DNA from: Vicinamibacterales bacterium
GTDB taxonomy: Bacteria; Acidobacteriota; Vicinamibacteria; Vicinamibacterales; UBA8438
Reading direction: 5' to 3'
Assembly (NCBI GenBank): GCA_965197375.1
Contig: CBDAMZ010000005.1
Coordinates: 12,037 to 76,036 of the forward strand
DNA length: 64,000 nt
Below the pieces are notes generated by a model that was not told the DNA's origin, searched no databases, and saw only the letters and a program-made list of their open reading frames with translations. This document shows, piece by piece, positions 42,146 to 51,374 of this stretch. The number at the start of each line of letters is the position of its first letter. The first letter of the stretch is position 1. A program made the position numbers and the translations under genes.

Positions 42146-43077
42146 CCAACTTCTGCTTCAAGCGTTTCGAAACGGCCGTTCCGTTGGACCGGTACGAGCG
42201 CTGCGGCGCTGATGTTCCGCTTAATCTCCTCAAGTGGTGAACGCCGCCAGCCATTCTCCATCGAGTCGATCGAGGATACCGCGTCCACGTCATTAGCACC
42301 GAACGTGAGTGCCACCTGCGCCAGCTTCGGCCCGTGCAGGCTCCAGTCAACCTGTATCGATACGATATTGTCAACCAGTAGGCGTGCCAGTGCAACCTGG
42401 CGGACGTCTCTGTATCCAGTCGACGACTGAGACCCGCCACGCTGAGGCAATGGAACAAATGCGTACACGCTCGCAACGGCCGAGCCCCAAGCCACAATCT
42501 GGCGAACGAGGGTCAGGGCATCCTCAGTGGGGTCGCCGAGCGTGAGCCGCGCCACGCGTAACTCCGCGCGCGATACAATGTCCAGCACGGCCGTGCCATT
42601 TAACCGTGCGACACGTGCCTCGGCGATAAGCGCAAGGCCGGCCGATCTAAGTGCCATCAAGGCCTCGACAAGGCGTTGGCTGTCGCCGCCACTCATCGCT
42701 TCGAGCTCGTCGAGTGCAAAGCCGGTGACCGGAGTGCCGCCAGCTGCAGCGACGACCTGCTGCGTCACCATGACGGCCTGATCTAAATCAGTTGGGTGCC
42801 CGACTATTCGCACTTCGCCGGCTGCCTCAGGTATCTGAGGCTGGCTGCCAAGATCGCCATCGGCCGGCACCTCGGCAACACGCACGAACGTCGCTCGGTT
42901 GCCGTGGAGGGCTCGACGTCGTGTGTCCGCAAGCGTCCCCAGGCTGAGTAGGTCGTGCGTCTCTATCAGGGCGTCGATGTCGGCAGGCTCCAGCCGCCCA
43001 CCTCGCTCAAGTTTCGCTCCGATCCGATCCAGGTCGATCGACACTTTAGAGTTCTCTCCAGATTCTAAGTCGAACAT
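42142..43077 (-). CDS. MqnE/CofH-like protein lacking the radical-SAM CxxxCxxC motif
   Basis: DLLSLGTLAD..RR..HGNRATFVR; TGYRDVRQVALARLLVDNI.SIQVDW..HGPKLAQVALTFGAND; AA..PVQRNGRF; no Cys in 311 aa. Confidence 0.75.
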   Translation of the reverse strand: MFDLESGENSKVSIDLDRIGAKLERGGRLEPADIDALIETHDLLSLGTLADTRRRALHGNRATFVRVAEVPADGDLGSQPQIPEAAGEVRIVGHPTDLDQAVMVTQQVVAAAGGTPVTGFALDELEAMSGGDSQRLVEALMALRSAGLALIAEARVARLNGTAVLDIVSRAELRVARLTLGDPTEDALTLVRQIVAWGSAVASVYAFVPLPQRGGSQSSTGYRDVRQVALARLLVDNIVSIQVDWSLHGPKLAQVALTFGANDVDAVSSIDSMENGWRRSPLEEIKRNISAAALVPVQRNGRFETLEAEVG

Positions 43078-43090
43078 GGAGCCGCGATAC

Positions 43091-44545
43091 TTACGGACTC
43101 AGCCGCTTGCTGATCCCGGCCCAGATCTCTCCTGCCCGCTTGGCGGCGGCTTCAGTTGTCCTAATCCGGTGTGGCCACTCCCGCTTGAATCCCTCGGATG
43201 CCCACTTCCGAGTAGCGTCGATCCCCATCTTGCTACCGTAGGCCGGCCGAGGTGATGCTTGTTCGAGGTCGTCAACCGGGCCGTAAGTGAACTGAATATC
43301 GCGCTGAGGATCGATATGGGTACCCACGATCCACGCTACTTCCCCCTCGTCGTGCACGTCGACGTCCTTGTCCACCACGACGATAATTTTAGAGAACATT
43401 AGTTGACCGAGCCCCCACAGCGTATTCATGATCTTCCGCGCGTGCCCCGGGTATCGCTTGTCGATCGACACGATCACCAGGTTGTGAAAAATCCCCTCAG
43501 CCGGAAAGTGCATGTCGACAATTTCTGGTGCCGTCTTGCGTATCAGCGGTAGAAAGATCTGCGCACTTGCCAGCCCGAGGTGGTAGTCCTCCATTGGTGG
43601 AATCCCGACGATCGTGGTGAGATAGGTCGGCCGGTCCCGCTGCGTGATGCACTGGATGTGAAACACGGGAAAGTCGTCTCCCAGTGAGTAGAAACCCGTG
43701 TGGTCGCCGAACGGACCCTCACGACGACGCTCCCCAGGCTCGACATAACCCTCCAGCACGATCTGTGCGCTGGCCGGCACCTCAAGGTCGACCGTCTTGC
43801 ACTTAACAAGCTCCACCCGGCGGCGTGCAAGTAAACCGGCAAGTAATAGCTCATCCAATCCCTCTGGCATCGGCGCCGTCGCAGCGTACGCCAGAACGGG
43901 CGCCGGGCTGAGTGCTACCGCTACCTCCAGCCGACGTCCGAGATGCTCGGCCACGCGGAAGTGCTGGGCACCCCCTTTGTGACGCTGCCAGTGCATAGCT
44001 GTCGTGCGGCCGTCGAACACCTGCATACGATACGTGCCGATGTTGCGGACGCCGGTCTCTGGGTCCTTGGTAATGACGAGCGGGAACGTAATGTACCGCC
44101 CCCCGTCTTCCGGCCAGCAGCGGAGGATAGGAAGATCGTCTAGGGTGCCATCTGGTCGGACGACCTCCTGGCACGCCGCGTCACGTACCATCTTCGGCAT
44201 CAGATCGGAGAGCCGGCTGACCATCGGCACCATTTTAATGACATCCATCAAGCCCGACGGCGCCTTCGGCTCGGTCAATTCCTCGATCTCCTTGGCTATC
44301 TGGTCGAGCGAATTGACGCCGAGCGCGAGACACATACGATCCACTGACCCGAAGAGATTCGTCGCGACGGGAATCGCGTAACCTGTCGGCTTTTCGAATA
44401 GGAGCGCTGGTCCACCCCTGGCCGATTTCGATACCAGATCGGTCACCGCACAGATCTCAAGATCTGGGCTCACCTCCTCACGAACACGTTGCAACCAGCC
44501 CCGCTGGCTGAGCGCCGTGATGAACTCGTCCAAATCTCTATGCAT
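43091..44545 (-). CDS. UbiD-family menaquinone biosynthesis decarboxylase
   Basis: GPALLFE, WPEDGGRYIT, N.GTYRMQ, EGPFGDHTGFY, SKMGIDAT.K. Confidence 0.93.
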   Translation of the reverse strand: MHRDLDEFITALSQRGWLQRVREEVSPDLEICAVTDLVSKSARGGPALLFEKPTGYAIPVATNLFGSVDRMCLALGVNSLDQIAKEIEELTEPKAPSGLMDVIKMVPMVSRLSDLMPKMVRDAACQEVVRPDGTLDDLPILRCWPEDGGRYITFPLVITKDPETGVRNIGTYRMQVFDGRTTAMHWQRHKGGAQHFRVAEHLGRRLEVAVALSPAPVLAYAATAPMPEGLDELLLAGLLARRRVELVKCKTVDLEVPASAQIVLEGYVEPGERRREGPFGDHTGFYSLGDDFPVFHIQCITQRDRPTYLTTIVGIPPMEDYHLGLASAQIFLPLIRKTAPEIVDMHFPAEGIFHNLVIVSIDKRYPGHARKIMNTLWGLGQLMFSKIIVVVDKDVDVHDEGEVAWIVGTHIDPQRDIQFTYGPVDDLEQASPRPAYGSKMGIDATRKWASEGFKREWPHRIRTTEAAAKRAGEIWAGISKRLSP

Positions 44546-44549
44546 CGTT

Positions 44550-45506
44550 CTAGTTTCCGTCCATAGCGTCCGCAATCCGTTGTGCCAAAGCGAGCGCTCG
44601 ACGCCCGTCCTGGCCACCGACCAGAGGCGATTTTCCACTGCTGGCCGATCTCACAAAATCGACGATCTCCCGTTCAAGTGGTTCAGCAGGTGTCACTTCT
44701 AGGCGTCCCCCTTCAATGACCGGCTCCGCGCCGGGGTGGCGCTTCACCTCCCACGCTTCGACCTGCTGTTCCGCGTAGTCGATCGACAGGTAGGTGTGCG
44801 ATTGAAAGATACGCAACTTGCGAACCCGGTCGCGGCTGATTCGACTTGCCGTCAAGTTAGCAATGCACCCACTTGCGAACTTGATCCGGGCATTTGCGAT
44901 GTCAACGCGATCGCTCAGCACGGGAACCCCGACTGCCTCGATCGCGACCGGCTCAGAATTGACGAACGCGAGCACGACGTCAAGATCATGGATCATAACG
45001 TCAAAAACCACGTCGATGTCGAGGCTGCGAACCGAAAATGGCGAGAGTCGATGCACTTCAATGAACCGGGGTGTCGTAACCAGCGGCAACGCCGTCGCGA
45101 CGGCTGGATTATACCGTTCGGTGTGTCCGACGGCGAGTGTCGCACCCGAGGCAGCAGCAGCCTCAAGCATGGCGTCGGCCTCGGGGACCGACGCCGAGAC
45201 CGGCTTCTCGACGAGCACGGCCACTCCCGCGCGTAGGAACGGAAGCGCGACCCGAGCGTGCGCTTCGGTCGGAACGGCCAGCGTGATGGCGTCAACCTCC
45301 AACGGCCCGACGGCGCCCTGAAGATCTGAAATTTCGTAGACGGCGCGTGTGCTGGTTTCTGACGCCACCTTTTCGGCGCGAGCGGTATTGGTGTCAACAA
45401 CCGCAACGAGGTCGACCTCAGAAAGATTGGCTAGAATCCTAGCATGGTGACGGCCGAGGTGGCCCACTCCGACGACGGCGACTCGCAACACGCGACCCGT
45501 TGTCAC
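44550..45506 (-). CDS. Gfo/Idh/MocA oxidoreductase (GnnA-like by context)
   Basis: [45 protein letters not shown]; follows lpxI. Confidence 0.8.
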   Translation of the reverse strand: MTTGRVLRVAVVGVGHLGRHHARILANLSEVDLVAVVDTNTARAEKVASETSTRAVYEISDLQGAVGPLEVDAITLAVPTEAHARVALPFLRAGVAVLVEKPVSASVPEADAMLEAAAASGATLAVGHTERYNPAVATALPLVTTPRFIEVHRLSPFSVRSLDIDVVFDVMIHDLDVVLAFVNSEPVAIEAVGVPVLSDRVDIANARIKFASGCIANLTASRISRDRVRKLRIFQSHTYLSIDYAEQQVEAWEVKRHPGAEPVIEGGRLEVTPAEPLEREIVDFVRSASSGKSPLVGGQDGRRALALAQRIADAMDGN

Positions 45507-46342
45507 GATGTCACACTCTGCGAAAGGATCGCGCGGCCAACAACCGTGATCCCAGCCGCGTTGGCAGCGTCGAACACCCGCCGGCCATCCAGTACGAGTG
45601 ACCGTCCCGCATCAATCGAAAGCGCCGATGCTTGCGCATCACGAAGGGCCTCGATCGTCGGTAAACCAATCACTGGCACGTCGAAGCGCATGTCCTGGTC
45701 TGGCTTAGCCACCTTGATGACTCGCGTCCCTGGCCCGGCCAACCGGCCGGCGCGCGCGATCACTTCGTCAGTGCCCTCCATGGCCTCGACCGCGACCACC
45801 GCTCGCGCTTTGACCACGATAGTTTGCCCGATATCAAGCCCGGCGATCGCGTCGCCCGCCTTGTAACCGAGCTCGAAATCAGACCGTTCGTCATCGGTCG
45901 GCGCGCGCCTAGTCAGCGTGCCGACGCGAGCCAGCAGCGGTTCGAGAAATACCGTCGAGTCAACCAGCTCGATCCCATAGTCGCGTAACACCTCCGCTAC
46001 TGCAGAAATCAGGGCGTCGGTGTTCCGCGTCCGAAGGCGCCGCAGAACGGACAGTAGCGTAAGATCCGGCGCGACGCCCGCAAAAAGCTTCGTGTGCTTG
46101 ACCTGCCCGGCCATGAGCGCCTGGGAGATGCCGGATTCTTTTAGGATGGAAATGCAATGGCCGAGCTGGCCCAACGAGACCCAGTGGAGATCGGCTGGAC
46201 GCCCAGCCGCTACCGCCTGCTCAAGTGACGGACTCGCCTCTTCCCGAATCGCCACGACCGTGACGTCATGCCCCAGACTCCTCGCCGCTTCCAAGGCAAG
46301 AAACGGGAATTTGCCGTTGCCGGCAATCAGGCCGATTCGCAT
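45503..46342 (-). CDS. lpxI: UDP-2,3-diacylglucosamine diphosphatase LpxI
   Basis: [44 protein letters not shown]. Confidence 0.92.
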   Translation of the reverse strand: MRIGLIAGNGKFPFLALEAARSLGHDVTVVAIREEASPSLEQAVAAGRPADLHWVSLGQLGHCISILKESGISQALMAGQVKHTKLFAGVAPDLTLLSVLRRLRTRNTDALISAVAEVLRDYGIELVDSTVFLEPLLARVGTLTRRAPTDDERSDFELGYKAGDAIAGLDIGQTIVVKARAVVAVEAMEGTDEVIARAGRLAGPGTRVIKVAKPDQDMRFDVPVIGLPTIEALRDAQASALSIDAGRSLVLDGRRVFDAANAAGITVVGRAILSQSVTS

Positions 46343-46551
46343 GGGCAGTGGCTAGCGTGCCGAGTCAGGCATCCGCTGATGTTTTCCGGGCAGGGCATCC
46401 CGCTTTGTTACGTGGCTCATCGCTTCTACGCTCCCAGTATGCGCGAAGTTCGCGCCTCACTAACCAGGCGCCTCGCCCCTGATAATTTCTCACCACACTC
46501 CAGACTCGCGATACTAGGAAATCACGCTAAAAACGCAGTACGGTAGAGCTT

Positions 46552-47805
46552 CTACTCTTCCACGCCAACGGACTCGACGCGCCGGGGAGGTCGACGCAGG
46601 TTGACGCCTCGCGTTGACGTGCGGATGAATTCGGCCAAGTAGGAAACCTCAGGACATGCTAGGACCACATCGGCTGCGATCCGCTCCAGCGCCTGGGTTG
46701 TGTTGAGCTTCGACTGTAGGAGATACCGGTAGGCATGCTTCAGTTTCGCGATCGTAAGCTTCGGTACACCTCGCCGCTCGAGGCCGATGGTGTTCAGCCC
46801 ATAGATACGGGCGCGGTTCCCGACCGTCTTCCCGTACGGCAGGGCATCCATCGTCACCACGCTGTAGCCACCGATGAAGGCCTGGCGGCCGACCCGGCAA
46901 AATTGGTGGACGCCAGAAAACGCGCTGATGGTGGCGTCATCCTCGACGACTACGTGGCCGCCCAACGTCGCGCCGTTACCGAAGATCGTGTTGTTTCCAA
47001 TAATGCAGTCGTGCGCCACGTGGGCATAGGCCATAAACACGTTGGCGTCCCCAATGAGAGTCACCCCTCCACCCCCGCGTGTTCCACGGTGGATCGTCAC
47101 GAACTCACGAAACACGTTGCGGTTCCCGATCACGAGCCGCGTGTCCTCTCCCCGGAACTTGAGGTCTTGGGGAATCAGTCCAACCGACGCAAAAGGGAAG
47201 ATCTGGCAATTGTCTCCGACTTTGGTGTCACCGGCGACGACCGCTGAGGCGCCAATGCGGCAACCGCGCCCGACCCGGACGCCAGACCCAATGACAGCGT
47301 AAGGGCCGATGACCGTGCCGGCCCCGATCACTGCACCAGAATGCACGATGGCCGTCGAATCGATACGTTCGGCCCCGTCGTCGATACTGATAAGCAACTC
47401 CGCCTCTGCGACGGTACGTTCGCCAACGGTAGCCACCGCCCGGGCCACAGCTAGCTCGCTCAGGCGGCGCTCAAGCGTAACCTCAAGACGGAGTCGATCG
47501 CCTGGCACGACCTGATGACGGAACCTAGCGTTGTTAACCCCGCGAAGTGCCGCACGTCGATGCGATGCCTCGCCACTCTCATGGAGGAGGAGCAAGGTCG
47601 CAACTTGAACCAAAGCCTCGATCATCATCACACCAGGCATAAGAGGTGTGCCGGGGAAGTGACCCTGGAAGTACTCCTCGTTGACCGTCACGTTCTTCAC
47701 GGCAACAAGGCGCTTACCTGGCTCGTGTCCGACGACCGCGTCGACCAGTAGCGATGGGTACCGATAATCAAGGCGGTCGAGAACGAGAGGGATGTCAAGC
47801 GACAC
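46552..47805 (-). CDS. lpxA: FabZ-LpxA fusion (3-hydroxyacyl-ACP dehydratase plus UDP-GlcNAc acyltransferase)
   Basis: aa 1-140: RYPSLLVD, KNVTVNEEYFQGHFP..P.MPGV.MIEAL.Q; then hexapeptide repeats, PQDLKF, REFVTIHRGT, HVAHDC, HQFCRVG in one ORF. Confidence 0.92.
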   Translation of the reverse strand: MSLDIPLVLDRLDYRYPSLLVDAVVGHEPGKRLVAVKNVTVNEEYFQGHFPGTPLMPGVMMIEALVQVATLLLLHESGEASHRRAALRGVNNARFRHQVVPGDRLRLEVTLERRLSELAVARAVATVGERTVAEAELLISIDDGAERIDSTAIVHSGAVIGAGTVIGPYAVIGSGVRVGRGCRIGASAVVAGDTKVGDNCQIFPFASVGLIPQDLKFRGEDTRLVIGNRNVFREFVTIHRGTRGGGGVTLIGDANVFMAYAHVAHDCIIGNNTIFGNGATLGGHVVVEDDATISAFSGVHQFCRVGRQAFIGGYSVVTMDALPYGKTVGNRARIYGLNTIGLERRGVPKLTIAKLKHAYRYLLQSKLNTTQALERIAADVVLACPEVSYLAEFIRTSTRGVNLRRPPRRVESVGVEE

Positions 47806-47892
47806 AGCGCTAACAGTCAGCAGCGTACAGGGTTCCGAAACGCCGCATCTACCGAGTCCACTGAGAGGTCACAGGCAGCCACATCCAGCACA

Positions 47893-48543
47893 CTACGGTG
47901 TGCCGGCCGTGGCAGCGTTTACAGCATCAATGAGGTCTTGCGTAAGATCGAGCGATCGATCGGCCCAGACGAGACCGCCATCACCGACATTAAAAAGAAA
48001 TTGTAGCTCCTTCTCTGCCACTAGCTGTTCGATGGCTGGAACGAACTGCTTCTGAAACCCAGTCTCGAGCTCTTGCCGGAGTGCCTGCACCTCAGCATCG
48101 GCGTCCTGAGTTATTCGCTGCATGTCCGCTTGTGCATCCTGGTTCATGCGCTCGATGTCGACCTGTAGTCTCGAAATCTCGCGTTGGAGGTTAAGCCTGG
48201 CTACTGAGCTTAGAACGTTCCGCCCCTGCTCAAGCTTCACCTGTGTTTGCTGCAACTGCTGGTTGCGCGCGTCAATTGTTCCCTGCAGTTCTTTGCTTTT
48301 TGCTTCGATCTCAGCCAGTTTTTGATTGGTCAGCTCCTCAACCTTCGCGTTCGCGGCCTGGCCAACGGTCGACTCTGCCGCCACTCGCTGAAGGTTGATG
48401 TACGCGTACTTCGACCCGGCTGGAAAAACAGGCGCTGCCAGGCTGGCTTGCTGCGCCTCAGCAGCGACGGCTGCTGTCCCTAACACGAACCCAGCCAGCA
48501 GTACTGGAGCCGTAAACTTTATCACTGGAATCACAGGCCTCAT
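47893..48543 (-). CDS. OmpH/Skp periplasmic chaperone
   Basis: Signal peptide, AYINLQRV, coiled coil, LVWAD..LDLT; between bamA and fabZ. Confidence 0.85.
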   Translation of the reverse strand: MRPVIPVIKFTAPVLLAGFVLGTAAVAAEAQQASLAAPVFPAGSKYAYINLQRVAAESTVGQAANAKVEELTNQKLAEIEAKSKELQGTIDARNQQLQQTQVKLEQGRNVLSSVARLNLQREISRLQVDIERMNQDAQADMQRITQDADAEVQALRQELETGFQKQFVPAIEQLVAEKELQFLFNVGDGGLVWADRSLDLTQDLIDAVNAATAGTP

Positions 48544-48632
48544 CAGCGATGCCCTCCGTCGTGCGCGTACCGCCTCGCAGTGCGCACTTTCGTTGTGTCT
48601 GAATTGCTCGGTCCCCGCTCGCGCGCAGAACA

Positions 48633-51278
48633 CTAGAACATCGTCCCGACCGCGAATCGAAACACGGTCTCTTCCTGCTCGCGCAGCTTGTCGTTGTACA
48701 TGCCATCTCGCTGCATATTCCACGCGTAAATGAAGCGGAACGGCACGTTCAGCATCGGCAGGAAGAAGCGAAGTTCAAGCCCGGTCGAGGTTTTGAAATC
48801 GTTCATCGCGAATTCTCGACCGAAGTCCTGTACCTGCCCTGCATCGTAGAACATGACCAACCGAACCGGACCGCCGATGACAAACTGATACTCCGCGTTG
48901 AACAACAAGCTCTTGTTACCGCCGACGAGCGTCCGCCCCTGATTACTCCTCTCTGGCACCTCGGGATTGATGTCGTGGAGGGTCGGACCGATACGACGGA
49001 TATCGAAACCGCGCACCGAGTACTCCCCACCCAACCATAGCCGCTCGAATACCGGAATCGTATTTGGGTCGCTAGCGTTCAGGTGTTGGTATTGCATCCG
49101 TAAGCCGATGATGGTCCGGCTCGTGTGGGGAATGTACCAAATGCCATCCAGGATCGGCTTCCAAAATTTGGTATTCCCACCCGTGCCGGCCAGCTCGATG
49201 GCCGCCGATAGACTCCGGCCTGAGTTTGGGAAAATCGGGTGATCGATAGTGTTCGACACAAGCGTCGGCGTGATCCTGCTAATTGTACGGCGTCCTCCCA
49301 TACCAAGCAGTAACGTATCCTGCAGGAAGGGATTAAACGAGACCAGTTCAACATTGCTCGCGAGATACGGGTTGATGTCGGAGACCTCAGTCGACTCGAA
49401 ACTGTAGCGAAGAAACATGCGGGTGAAGATCGTCAGCGGCCACCCAAACGTAAAACTCCCCCCCTTCGTGTCCTCGGTGAAACTTCCGATCCATTTGATC
49501 CGCCTCGAGAATAGATTAGTGCCGAGCGATAGCGGACGGCCGAGCAGGAACGGCTCCGTGAATGACACCTGGTAATTCCTCGCGCGGGACCCGCTCTGGA
49601 GCGCCACCGAGAAAGTTTCACCCCGCCCCCTAAAATTGGTCGTCTGAAAGGACACCTGCCCGAAGAACCCGTCGTACTGGGAAACCCCCGCGCCAAACGT
49701 GAGCTGATTGAGGTTCGCCTCCGTCAAATCGAACGTGATGTCCACTTCGTTGGAGTCCGCTTCGCTCTTTTCGATCCGAATAGCGTCTTCATCGAACTGC
49801 TCGAAGTACCCCAACTGATTCAGCCGTCTGACGCTGTATTTAAGCCCCTCGGTGTTGAAGACGCCGTTCTCGACGAGCTGCAGCTCGCGCCGGATGACTT
49901 CGTCGTGTGTCGTCTTATTGCCCGTAAACGTGATACGGTCGATGAAATACTGCTCGCCTTCCTGTACTCGAATCGTCAGGTCAACGACCGGGGCGCCTTC
50001 GATGTGGGTGGGGCGACCCGACCCATCATTGCCGCTCCCGTGACCATTCCCGCCCTCGCCCTGACCGGCCTCAGCTTCCATCCGCGGCTGAAGGTCCGGA
50101 TACAGGGTCATCTCGTAGTAGCCAATCGCGCCGTACACCTCACGCGCCGTCTCGAACCCTTTGCGGACGGCGCCCTCACTGTAGTAATCGCCGGGCTTAA
50201 GCTTCTTAAAGATTTCGCGCAGCGCAGCTTCCTTAAGGACCTCGTTTCCGGCAAAGTTTACCCCAGCAATCCGGTAGCGTTGCCCTTCATCGACTGGAAT
50301 CCGCAGATGGAGCCCGCGCGTCTTCCCATCGGCCGACTCCTCTAGATAGTCGAGTTCCGCCGCACCGACCTGCGCTTCGATATAACCCCTGTCACGGTAG
50401 TAGGAGACGATCCGTTCGGCATCTTCCTCGAACAGCGGCTCTTTGTAGGTACCGCGACCTGTAAGCCAGGAAAGCCACCAGCGCTCCCTCATATTCTTCA
50501 TCTTGCCCTTGAGAACGCGGTCGCTTATCGCCGTGTTGCCAATAAACTCGACCTGCTGCAATTGGACCTTAGGCCCCTCGCCCATGTGAAACGCTAGGCG
50601 AACGAGCTTTGGGCCGCCAGGCATCTCCGAGATTGTGTGGTCAACCTCGGCGAACTGGTAGCCCTTCTCCGCAAACATTTCCCGAACAACACCCTTAACA
50701 CGGCGAATCGTTCGGGGATCGATGAACGAATCGAGACGGACCACGATGCCGTCTTCCTGAAGCTTCGTGTCGATGTCCCCACGTGTAAGCTTCTTAGAAC
50801 CCTCAAACGTGACGATCTTAACGCGCTCGCGCTCCTCGAGGTTAAAGATGATGCGTTTGCCCTCAACTCCGTTCTCCCACGGCTCGTCGACGGCTTCGAC
50901 CCAGAGGTCATTCAAGAAGCCGGTGTCCCACAGCCGGCGAAAGTCGTCACGGACAATTCGCTCTGTCGCCTCGTTGTACGGAACCCACTTGCCCTGAGAG
51001 GGCAGGCTTACATGATTCTTGATCTCCATGTAGTAGAGGTAGGTTAAATAATCAACACCAGATACGTTGCCTTGCGTCGGAAAGCGAAGTTCGATGTTCC
51101 GAAGCAAGGCGGGCGACCCGGCTGGCGGCTGAGGGCCGAACGCCTGACCAACTGTCTCTTCACCAGACACCACCTCAGCCCCAGCATCGTCCGACGCCAA
51201 GCTCACGCCGGAGCTAAGCGATAGGATCGCGAGGGTTGCCACCGCGACGCGCATGATGAGCATGAAGTTAGCGATCAT
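48633..51278 (-). CDS. bamA: Outer membrane protein assembly factor BamA
   Basis: POTRA repeats (V.EG..Y.I..ITF.GN..T.DEVIRREL), GGEYSVRGF, GGNK, terminal F; start uncertain. Confidence 0.93.
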   Translation of the reverse strand: MIANFMLIMRVAVATLAILSLSSGVSLASDDAGAEVVSGEETVGQAFGPQPPAGSPALLRNIELRFPTQGNVSGVDYLTYLYYMEIKNHVSLPSQGKWVPYNEATERIVRDDFRRLWDTGFLNDLWVEAVDEPWENGVEGKRIIFNLEERERVKIVTFEGSKKLTRGDIDTKLQEDGIVVRLDSFIDPRTIRRVKGVVREMFAEKGYQFAEVDHTISEMPGGPKLVRLAFHMGEGPKVQLQQVEFIGNTAISDRVLKGKMKNMRERWWLSWLTGRGTYKEPLFEEDAERIVSYYRDRGYIEAQVGAAELDYLEESADGKTRGLHLRIPVDEGQRYRIAGVNFAGNEVLKEAALREIFKKLKPGDYYSEGAVRKGFETAREVYGAIGYYEMTLYPDLQPRMEAEAGQGEGGNGHGSGNDGSGRPTHIEGAPVVDLTIRVQEGEQYFIDRITFTGNKTTHDEVIRRELQLVENGVFNTEGLKYSVRRLNQLGYFEQFDEDAIRIEKSEADSNEVDITFDLTEANLNQLTFGAGVSQYDGFFGQVSFQTTNFRGRGETFSVALQSGSRARNYQVSFTEPFLLGRPLSLGTNLFSRRIKWIGSFTEDTKGGSFTFGWPLTIFTRMFLRYSFESTEVSDINPYLASNVELVSFNPFLQDTLLLGMGGRRTISRITPTLVSNTIDHPIFPNSGRSLSAAIELAGTGGNTKFWKPILDGIWYIPHTSRTIIGLRMQYQHLNASDPNTIPVFERLWLGGEYSVRGFDIRRIGPTLHDINPEVPERSNQGRTLVGGNKSLLFNAEYQFVIGGPVRLVMFYDAGQVQDFGREFAMNDFKTSTGLELRFFLPMLNVPFRFIYAWNMQRDGMYNDKLREQEETVFRFAVGTMF

Positions 51279-51374
51279 CGGTCAGACACCGCCATATAGA
51301 TTGTACCGGGACCACAGCCAGGGTAGCGTCACCTGACACAGCCTGCGCCCATCATTTTACCAGTCTACGAAATC

